Below, one piece after another: positions 16,651 to 24,653 of a stretch of DNA of 24,653 nt. The translations under genes and the position numbers were made by a program. The notes under the pieces were generated by a model that was not told the origin of the DNA, did no database searches, and saw only the letters and a list, made by a program, of their open reading frames with translations. Origin of the DNA: Actinomycetota bacterium (GTDB lineage Bacteria > Actinomycetota > Thermoleophilia > Solirubrobacterales > Solirubrobacteraceae). Position 1 is the first letter of the stretch. Each line of letters starts with the position of its first letter. The stretch lies in contig JAHWJM010000001.1 in the NCBI GenBank assembly GCA_019348435.1, positions 1 to 24,653 of the forward strand, read 5' to 3'.

Positions 16651-18849
16651 ATGGCGGACACCGCATCCCAGAGCCGCATCGAGGAGCTGCTGGCGGGGCT
16701 CAATGCTCCGCAGCGCGAGGCGGTCACGCACGGCGACGGCCCGCTGCTGATCCTGGCGGGAGCGGGCACGGGCAAGACGCGCGTGCTGACGCATCGCATC
16801 GCGTTTCTCGAGGGCACGGGGATGGCGCGGGCGAACGAGATCCTCGCGATCACGTTCACCAACAAGGCGGCGCAGGAGATGCGCGAGCGCGTCGAGCGGC
16901 TGCTCGGCCGCCGCACGCGCGCGATGTGGGTCATGACCTTCCACGCCGCCTGCGCACGGATGCTGCGCGCCGACGCGCACCGGCTCGGCTACACGCGCCA
17001 GTTCACGATCTACGACCAGGCCGACGCGCGGCGGCTGGTCAAGCGCAGCCTCGACGAGCTCGGCGTGGACACGAAGCGCTTCACGCCCGGCGCCGTCCAC
17101 CACCAGATCTCCGACGCCAAGAACAAGCTGCGCGATGCCGAGGCCTACAGCCGGCTCGTCGGGTCGTACTTCGAGACGACGGTGGCCGACGCCTACCGCA
17201 TCTACGAGCGCGAGCTGCACCGCATGAACGCGATGGACTTCGACGACCTGCTCGTCAACGCCGTCAACGTGCTGCAGCTCTTCCAGGAGGTGCGCGACCG
17301 CTACTCGACGGCCTTTCGCCACGTCCTCGTCGACGAGTACCAGGACACGAACGCCGTGCAGTACCGCTGGCTGCAGCTGCTCGCCAGCGAGCACCGCAAT
17401 CTGGCCGTAGTTGGCGACGACGCGCAATCGATCTACGGTTTTCGCGGAGCGGACATAGGAAACATCCTGAGTTTCGAGGAAACGTTCCCCGACGCCCACG
17501 TCGTCAAGCTCGAGCAGAACTACCGCTCGACGCAGACGATCCTCAGCGCCGCCAACGCGGTCATCGCGCACAACCGCGAGCAGAAGCACAAGTCGCTGTG
17601 GACGAACCTCGGCCAGGGCGAGCCGATCAAGATCCGCGAGCTCGACGACGAGCACGCCGAGGGGCGCTACGTCGTCGGCGAGATCGAGCGGCTCGTCGAC
17701 GAGGGCGCCAGCCGCGCCGAGATCGCCGTCTTCTACCGCACGAACGCGCAGTCGCGGGTCATCGAGGACACGCTCGTGCGGCGCGACATCGCCTACCAGG
17801 TGATCGGCGGCACGAAGTTCTACGAGCGCGCCGAGGTCAAGGACGCGATCGCCTACCTCACCGTGCTCGGCAATCCGCAGGACGTCGTCTCCTTCACGCG
17901 GATCGTCAACTCGCCGCGGCGCGGGATCGGCCAGACCTCGCTCGGGCGCGTCATCGCGCACGCCGACGCGATGGGGATCTCGATCTGGCAGGCGGCCGCG
18001 CACGCCGACCAGGTGCCCGGGCTGGGCACCGCGGCCGTGCGATCCCTCGGGCGCTTCATGGACACCATGCAGGATCTGCGCGAGCGCGTCGAGCAGCGCG
18101 TGCCGATCGGCGACCTGCTCGAGTCGCTGCTGCACGACACGGGATACATCGACGCGCTGCAGGCCGAGCGCACGATCGAGGCCCAGGGCCGCGAGGAGAA
18201 CCTCGCCGAGCTCGTGGAGGTGGCCCGCGAGTTCGACGCGACCGCCGAGGAGGAGGCCGACACGCTCGACGTGTTCCTGCAGGGGGTCGCGCTCGTCGCC
18301 GATGCCGACACGCGCACCGACGACGAGGGGCTCATCACGCTCATGACGATCCACAACGCCAAGGGCCTGGAGTACCCGATCGTCTTCATCGCCGGGATGG
18401 AAGAGGGTGTCTTCCCGCACTCGCGCGCCCTCGACGAGGGCGGCCTGGAGGAGGAGCGCCGCCTCGCCTACGTCGGCGTGACGCGCGCGATGCGCTCGCT
18501 GTACCTCACGAGCGCGCGCCGTCGTGCCGTCTTCGGGGCGACGCAATACGGGATGCGGTCACGCTTTCTCGACGAGATCCCGCCCCAGCTCACCGACCGT
18601 GCAGACGAGCCGCGCATCCGAGCGGGGGTCGCGGCGCAGCGGCCGGGCTCGTGGGCCTCATCCTCGTCGAGCACGCGCACCGAGACGGCGGTGCCGGCCT
18701 TCCGGATGGGCGACGACGTCGCGCACGCGGCGTTCGGCGCCGGCGTCGTCACCGGCGTGGAGGCCGGCGGGATCGTCGTCGTGCGCTTCGCCGGCGACGG
18801 CAGCGAGCGCAAGCTCATGGCCGAATACGCTCCGATCACGAAGCTCTGA
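16651..18849 (+). CDS. pcrA: ATP-dependent DNA helicase PcrA/UvrD (SF1), 732 aa
   Basis: AGAGTGKT, VDEYQDTN, GDDAQSIYGFRGA, LEQNYRST, TIHNAKGLEY and EERRLAYVGVTRA, plus a C-terminal Tudor-like domain. ATG 16651 lies 8 nt after TATGCT. Confidence 0.96.
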   Translation: MADTASQSRIEELLAGLNAPQREAVTHGDGPLLILAGAGTGKTRVLTHRIAFLEGTGMARANEILAITFTNKAAQEMRERVERLLGRRTRAMWVMTFHAACARMLRADAHRLGYTRQFTIYDQADARRLVKRSLDELGVDTKRFTPGAVHHQISDAKNKLRDAEAYSRLVGSYFETTVADAYRIYERELHRMNAMDFDDLLVNAVNVLQLFQEVRDRYSTAFRHVLVDEYQDTNAVQYRWLQLLASEHRNLAVVGDDAQSIYGFRGADIGNILSFEETFPDAHVVKLEQNYRSTQTILSAANAVIAHNREQKHKSLWTNLGQGEPIKIRELDDEHAEGRYVVGEIERLVDEGASRAEIAVFYRTNAQSRVIEDTLVRRDIAYQVIGGTKFYERAEVKDAIAYLTVLGNPQDVVSFTRIVNSPRRGIGQTSLGRVIAHADAMGISIWQAAAHADQVPGLGTAAVRSLGRFMDTMQDLRERVEQRVPIGDLLESLLHDTGYIDALQAERTIEAQGREENLAELVEVAREFDATAEEEADTLDVFLQGVALVADADTRTDDEGLITLMTIHNAKGLEYPIVFIAGMEEGVFPHSRALDEGGLEEERRLAYVGVTRAMRSLYLTSARRRAVFGATQYGMRSRFLDEIPPQLTDRADEPRIRAGVAAQRPGSWASSSSSTRTETAVPAFRMGDDVAHAAFGAGVVTGVEAGGIVVVRFAGDGSERKLMAEYAPITKL

Positions 18850-18870
18850 CGAAGACGAGGACGTCAACCC

Positions 18871-19739
<869 letters not shown>

Positions 19740-19740
<1 letters not shown>

Positions 19741-20237
19741 TGGACCTGCGCCGGCTGCGCAGCGGCGAGCTCGTCACCGCCGCGAGCGCGGTCGCGCTGG
19801 CGGCCGTGCTGTTCGTGGACTGGTTCGGCGGCCGGTCGGGCTGGTCGGCGATGACCGTCGGACGCGTCCTGCTCGTGCTGACGATCCTGCTCGCGCTGAC
19901 GCTCGTCGTCGTCACGCTGCGCGCGGGAACCGTCTCGATGGCGTTGTCGGTGGGCGTCGTGACGGTCGCGGTGGCCGCGCTCGCGCTGCTGTACCTGCTC
20001 TACCGCGTCGGGATCGACGAGCCGGGGCGCAACGCGCTCGTCGGCCTCGACGCCGGCGCGTACCTCGGCGTGCTGTGCCTGCTGGGGATCCTCGCCGGGA
20101 CGTGGCGCGCGCTGGCCGACGAACGCAAGGACAGCGCGATCTCCCGCGAGCAGACCGAGCGCGTGCTCGCTGTACGCGGGCCGGCTCGGCCGGCGCCGCC
20201 GGCGCGCGACCCGGATCGCGGCGAGCCGCGGGCGTGA
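19740..20237 (+). CDS. Hypothetical membrane protein (165 aa, about 4 TM helices)
   Basis: Last part of ORF 16449-20237. ATG overlaps the folD stop (TGATG). MDLRRLRSGELVTAASAVALAAVLFVDWF followed by hydrophobic segments. Confidence 0.8.
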
Positions 20238-20239
20238 GC

Positions 20240-20914
20240 TCAGACGCTCGCGCGGCGCCGCGAACGCTGCGGATCCCACGTCCGCACCGTGTCGGTCGGC
20301 GCCACGCCATCCATCGAGCGTCGATCGGCGACCGGTGCCGCGGCCTGTAGTCGCATCGGGATCTCGCCCGCCCAGACGGGGAGCGCGTAGTCGTCGTCGT
20401 CGTCGACCGGCGGGCCCGTGCGCACCTTCGCCGACGCCTCGTCGAGTGTCATCGCCAGCACGCGCGTGGCCTTGACCTCCTTGCGGTTCGGCGCGCGGAC
20501 CTCGTCCCAGCGCCCGGGCACGATGTGCTCGGTGAACGCCCGTAGCGCCACCATCATCTCCTCGCCCGCGGAGACCGGGCGGGCCTCGCCGAGGACGACC
20601 ACCGAGCGGTAGTTCATCGAGTGGTGAAACGCCGACCGCGCCAGCACGACGCCGTCCGTCAGCGTCACCGTCAGGCAGGCGGGCGCCCCGGCGGTGAGCG
20701 TTCGGATCGCCCGGCTGGCCGTCGAGCCGTGGATGTAGACGGTGTCGCCGACCCGCGCGTGCAGCGTCGGGATCACGTAGGGCTGGCCATCGATCGCGAA
20801 GCCGAGGTGCGCGACGAGCCCCTCGTCGAGGATCGCGTCGATGGCCGCCCGGTCGTAGTCGGCGCGGGAGGGCGCGCGTCGCACGCGGGTTCGCTGGGAC
20901 GGAGCCTGAGCCAT
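20240..20914 (-). CDS. Pyridoxamine 5'-phosphate oxidase-like flavin-binding protein (Pyridox_ox_2 / NimA-like), 224 aa
   Basis: AIDAILDEGLVAHLGF, PYVIPT, YIHGSTASR and VLARSAFHHSMNYRSVVVLG. ATG 20914 lies 7 nt after TACCGT. Confidence 0.9.
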   Translation of the reverse strand: MAQAPSQRTRVRRAPSRADYDRAAIDAILDEGLVAHLGFAIDGQPYVIPTLHARVGDTVYIHGSTASRAIRTLTAGAPACLTVTLTDGVVLARSAFHHSMNYRSVVVLGEARPVSAGEEMMVALRAFTEHIVPGRWDEVRAPNRKEVKATRVLAMTLDEASAKVRTGPPVDDDDDYALPVWAGEIPMRLQAAAPVADRRSMDGVAPTDTVRTWDPQRSRRRASV

Positions 20915-20935
20915 GCGAGTCACGGTACGACGCGG

Positions 20936-20982
20936 TTGGCCCTGTGAAAAGGTCCAATCAGGCGCGAGAATCACGGGCCAAT
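20936..20982. promoter_or_regulatory. Candidate MocR-family operator: two direct repeats and one inverted copy
   Basis: TTGGCCC (20936-20942, inverted), GGTCCAAT (20951-20958) and GGGCCAAT (20975-20982) in the 66-bp divergent intergenic region. Confidence 0.6.
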
Positions 20983-22360
20983 GGAGCTCCACCTCGATCT
21001 CGGGGCCGCTGGCGGCGCCTCGCTGCGCGCGCGCCTGGAATCTGCGCTGCGCGAGACCATCCGCAGCGGCGGGCTGCCGGCCGGCGTGCGTCTGCCGCCG
21101 TCGCGGTCGCTGTGTGAGCAGCTCGGCGTTTCGCGCGGCGTCGTCACCGACGCGTACGCCCAGTTGGTGGCGGAGGGCTACCTCATCGCCCGCCCAGGGG
21201 CCGGGACGACCGTCGCCGACACCGGCTCGCCGCACCGTGTGGCGCCGCCGGCCACGCCGGCGCGCGCCGCGGTACGCCACGACCTCGACCCGTTCGTGCC
21301 GGCGCTGGCCGCTTTTCCACGGACGCAGTGGCGCGCGACGGTCGGCCGCGTCCTGCGCGACGCGCCCGACGATCGCCTCGGGCTGCCCGACGGCGCCGGG
21401 GTCCCGGAACTGCGCGTCGCGCTGGCCGCCTACCTCGGGCGCTCTCGCGGCGTGCGGACGAGCTGGGACGAGATCGTCGTGACGAACGGGCTGCGCCAGG
21501 GGCTCACGCTGCTGTGGGCGGTGCTGGCGGCCGGCGGCAACCGGCGCGTCGCGGTCGAGCAGCCCGGGTGGCGCGGGGTGACCGAGACGGCGCTCGACGC
21601 GGGGCTCGAGATCACGCCGCTCACGGTCGACGACGACGGGCTCGTCGTCGATCGCCTCGCGGCGCATCCTGAGGTCGGCGCCGTCGCGGTCGCACCCGCG
21701 CACCAGTACCCGACCGGCGCGGTGCTGTCGCCGCCGCGCCGTGCCGCGCTCCTCGACTGGGTGCGCACGCGCGGCGGGCTCGTCGTCGAGGACGATTACG
21801 ACGCCGAGTACCGCTACGACCGCGATCCGATCGGCGCGCTGCAGGGACTGGCCCCCGAGCACGTCGTCTACGCCGGCTCGGCGAGCAAGTCGCTCGCGCC
21901 CGGCATGCGCCTGGGGTGGCTGGCCGTGCCGCGCGAGCTCGTCGCCCCCCTGGCGGACGTCCAGCGGCGGCGCGGCGGGATGCCGGCCTCGCTGCACCAG
22001 CTCGCGATGGCCGACCTCATCGAGCGCGGCGGACTCGACCGCCACCTGCGCCGCCAGCGCCGCCAGTACCGCCGCCGCCGCGACGCGCTGATGGTCGAGC
22101 TCGCACGGCAGCTGCCGGAGCTGACGGTGCGGGGCGCCGCCGCCGGCCTCTTCGTCGTGCTGCGCCTGCCCGACCACAGCGACGAGGCGGCGGTGCTCGC
22201 GGCGGCACGCCGCGCCGGCCGGGCGCTCGAAGGCGGCGGGGGTGCTCCGCCCGCGCGCGTGATCGGCTACGGGAACCTGCCGGAGGCGGGGGGCGGCCGC
22301 GCCGTCGCGGCGCTCGCCGCGAGCGTGCGCGCGGTGCCGCCTCGAATCGTTCGCCGATGA
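20981..22360 (+). CDS. MocR/GabR-family PLP-dependent transcriptional regulator (GntR wHTH plus aminotransferase-like domain)
   Basis: RLPPSRSLCEQLGVSRGVVTDAYAQLVAEGYL, HQYPTG, VEDDYDAEYRY and GSASKSLAPGMRLGW (PLP lysine retained). Confidence 0.92.
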   Translation: MELHLDLGAAGGASLRARLESALRETIRSGGLPAGVRLPPSRSLCEQLGVSRGVVTDAYAQLVAEGYLIARPGAGTTVADTGSPHRVAPPATPARAAVRHDLDPFVPALAAFPRTQWRATVGRVLRDAPDDRLGLPDGAGVPELRVALAAYLGRSRGVRTSWDEIVVTNGLRQGLTLLWAVLAAGGNRRVAVEQPGWRGVTETALDAGLEITPLTVDDDGLVVDRLAAHPEVGAVAVAPAHQYPTGAVLSPPRRAALLDWVRTRGGLVVEDDYDAEYRYDRDPIGALQGLAPEHVVYAGSASKSLAPGMRLGWLAVPRELVAPLADVQRRRGGMPASLHQLAMADLIERGGLDRHLRRQRRQYRRRRDALMVELARQLPELTVRGAAAGLFVVLRLPDHSDEAAVLAAARRAGRALEGGGGAPPARVIGYGNLPEAGGGRAVAALAASVRAVPPRIVRR

Positions 22361-22656
22361 TCGACCGTGAACAGGTGCTGCACGTCGCGCGTCTCGCGCG
22401 TCTCGAGCTGACCGACGAGGAGGTCGGGCGGATGAGCGAGGAGCTCTCGAACGTGCTCGGGCACATCGAGAAGATCGGCGAGCTCGACCTGGCGGGGGTC
22501 GCGCCGACGACCCACGTCGTCGAGGTCTCCAACGCGCTGCGCCCGGACGTCGTCACGCCGTCGCTGCCGCGCGACATCGCGCTCGCCGCCGCGCCGGCCG
22601 TGGCCGACGGCGGCTTTCTCGTACCCAGCCCGCAGGCCGACGCGATCGACGAATGA
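22357..22656 (+). CDS. gatC: Asp/Glu-tRNA amidotransferase subunit C (99 aa)
   Basis: MIDREQVLHVARLARLEL, VAPTTH, LRPD and FLVP. Overlaps the gatA start. Confidence 0.95.
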   Translation: MIDREQVLHVARLARLELTDEEVGRMSEELSNVLGHIEKIGELDLAGVAPTTHVVEVSNALRPDVVTPSLPRDIALAAAPAVADGGFLVPSPQADAIDE

Positions 22657-24095
22657 GCGCCACGAACACCGACCTGACGACGCTCACCGCAACGGCGGCC
22701 GTCGATGCGATCCGCAGCGGCGACTGCAGCGCGCGTGAGGTCTTCGATGCCTACCGCGCCGCCGCGGCGGCAGACGATCTGAACGCCTACCTGTGGGTGG
22801 CCGACGACGCGCCGTCCGCACCGTCCGAGGACGCGCCGCTGGCCGGGGTGCCGCTCGCCGTCAAGGACCTCTTCTGCACCGAGGGCGTGCCGAGCCAGGC
22901 CGGCTCGAAGATCCTCGAGGGCTACCGCCCGCCCTACACGGCGAGCGTCGTGGCGCGGCTGGCGGCGGCGGGTGCGCCGCTGCTGGGCAAGACCAACCAG
23001 GACGAGTTCGCGATGGGCTCCTCCAACGAGAACTCGGCTTTCGGGCCGGTGCTGAACCCGTGGGATCGCACGCGCGTGCCCGGCGGCTCGAGCGGCGGCA
23101 GCGCCGCCGCCGTCGCGGCCGGCTCGGCGCCCTGGGCACTGGGCACCGACACGGGCGGCTCGATCCGCCAGCCCGCCGCGCTCTGCGGGATCGTCGGCCT
23201 CAAGCCGACGTATGGCACGGTCAGCCGCTTCGGGATGATCGCCTTCGCCTCGTCGCTCGACCAGGCCGGCCCGCTCACCCGCGACGTGACCGACGCTGCG
23301 CTGTTGCTGCGTCAGATGGTCGGCCAGGACGAGCGCGACTCGACCTCGATCGGCTTTCCCGGCGAGATCGGGCGCCCGAGCGCGCACTCGCTGGAGGGCA
23401 TCCGCCTCGGCGTGCCGGAGGAGCTGTCGGGGGAGGGCCTCGGCATCGACGCGGGCGTGCTCGAGACGTTCAACGCGACGCTGAAGCTCGCGGAGGGACT
23501 CGGCGCCACGGTGCAGACCTGCCGCTTGCCGCACGCGCCGCACGCGCTGGCCGCCTACTACGTGCTCGCGCCGGCCGAGGCGTCGTCGAACCTCGCTCGC
23601 TACGACGGCGTGCGCTACGGCGCGTGCGTCGAGGACGGCGGCCTCGTCGGGATGTACACGAAGACGCGCAGCCAGGGGTTCGGCCGAGAGGTCAAGCGGC
23701 GCATCATGCTCGGCACGTACTCGCTGTCCAGCGGCTACTACGAGGCCTACTACGGCAGCGCGCAGCGCGTGCGCACGAAGATCGCCGAGGACTTCGCCGC
23801 GGCGTTCGGGACGTTCGACTTCGTCGTCACGCCGACCGCGCCGACAGCCGCGTTCGAGCTGGGCGCCAAGACCGCCGACCCGATGTCGATGTACGTCAAC
23901 GACTACTGCACCGTGCCGATGTCGCTCGCGGGGATCCCCGCGATCTCGATCCCCAACGGCTTCGACGGCGGGCTGCCGACGGGGTTTCAGCTCGCCGGCC
24001 CGGCGTTCAGCGAAAACCGGATCCTCGATGCGGCGTTCGCGCTCGAGCAGGCGATCGGCTTCGACGCGTCCGGTGCCCGGAGGAACCTCGGATGA
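22653..24095 (+). CDS. gatA: Asp/Glu-tRNA amidotransferase subunit A
   Basis: Amidase signature VKD...[13 protein letters not shown]...PGGSSGGS...[11 protein letters not shown], plus [12 protein letters not shown] and [10 protein letters not shown]. Confidence 0.96.
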   Translation: MSATNTDLTTLTATAAVDAIRSGDCSAREVFDAYRAAAAADDLNAYLWVADDAPSAPSEDAPLAGVPLAVKDLFCTEGVPSQAGSKILEGYRPPYTASVVARLAAAGAPLLGKTNQDEFAMGSSNENSAFGPVLNPWDRTRVPGGSSGGSAAAVAAGSAPWALGTDTGGSIRQPAALCGIVGLKPTYGTVSRFGMIAFASSLDQAGPLTRDVTDAALLLRQMVGQDERDSTSIGFPGEIGRPSAHSLEGIRLGVPEELSGEGLGIDAGVLETFNATLKLAEGLGATVQTCRLPHAPHALAAYYVLAPAEASSNLARYDGVRYGACVEDGGLVGMYTKTRSQGFGREVKRRIMLGTYSLSSGYYEAYYGSAQRVRTKIAEDFAAAFGTFDFVVTPTAPTAAFELGAKTADPMSMYVNDYCTVPMSLAGIPAISIPNGFDGGLPTGFQLAGPAFSENRILDAAFALEQAIGFDASGARRNLG

Positions 24096-24653
24096 GCGAG
24101 TTCGAGCCGGTCATCGGGCTCGAGACCCATGTCGAGCTGGGCACCGCCAGCAAGATGTTCTGCGGCTGCGCGACGGAGTTCGGCGCGCAGCCGAACACCC
24201 AGGTGTGCCCTGTCTGCCTCGGGCTGCCGGGCGCGCTGCCGGTCGTGAACGACAAGGCCATCGAGTCGACGATCCGCATCGGCCTCGCTCTGCACTGCGA
24301 CATCGCCTCGTGGTGCCGCTTCGCGCGCAAGAACTACTTCTACCCGGACATGCCCAAGAACTTCCAGACCTCGCAGTACGACGAGCCGCTGTGCCGCGGG
24401 GGGCATCTCGGCGACGTGCGCATCCACCGCGTGCACCTCGAGGAGGATGCCGCGAAGCTCATCCACGCCGGCTCCAGCGGGCGCATCCACGGCTCCGACG
24501 CCTCGGTCGTGGACTTCAATCGCGGCGGCACGCCGCTGGCCGAGATCGTCACCGAGCCCGACGTGCGCTCCGCTGCGCAGGCGCGCGAGTGGCTGACGCT
24601 CCTGCGCACGACCCTGCGCCAGCTCGGCGTCAGCGACGTGAACATGGAGGAGG
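24092..24653 (+). CDS. gatB: Asp/Glu-tRNA amidotransferase subunit B, 3' end off the window
   Basis: Manual translation gives [16 protein letters not shown]...KMFCGC...CPVCLGLPG...RKNYFYPD...SQYDEP...HLEEDAAK...[17 protein letters not shown]. Confidence 0.96.
   Translation, partial: MSEFEPVIGLETHVELGTASKMFCGCATEFGAQPNTQVCPVCLGLPGALPVVNDKAIESTIRIGLALHCDIASWCRFARKNYFYPDMPKNFQTSQYDEPLCRGGHLGDVRIHRVHLEEDAAKLIHAGSSGRIHGSDASVVDFNRGGTPLAEIVTEPDVRSAAQAREWLTLLRTTLRQLGVSDVNMEE

Overview
Very GC-rich (third codon positions almost all G/C) actinobacterial DNA. Protein sequences and the many leaderless TANNNT promoters suggest Thermoleophilia/Solirubrobacterales (inference). Most of the window is housekeeping: pdhB (partial), pdhA, lpdA, gltX, rrf2, cysK, cysE, a queuosine-salvage hydrolase, pcrA, folD, a MocR regulator and gatC/gatA/gatB (partial). 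An accessory, decaying stretch lies at about 4.6-10 kb. It holds a vapBC module, a complete but nonsense-inactivated IS481 inserted at the CTAG stop shared by two convergent genes, a split XdhC, and gene remnants fused at short junctions (coxG, hypA, hypB, SIS/GmhA-like, MFS, nfo), which look like the wreckage of CO-dehydrogenase and [NiFe]-hydrogenase accessory clusters. Three signals stand out: an 84-bp island of A/T-ending synonymous codons on PcrA helicase motif III (candidate intein homing site), an apparently mosaic gatB, and the head-to-head SIS/MFS-nfo fusion that leaves both strands open for about 1.5 kb. No rRNA, tRNA or CRISPR array was seen. I cannot demonstrate a wholly new multi-gene system, and assembly chimerism is a live alternative for the mosaic features.
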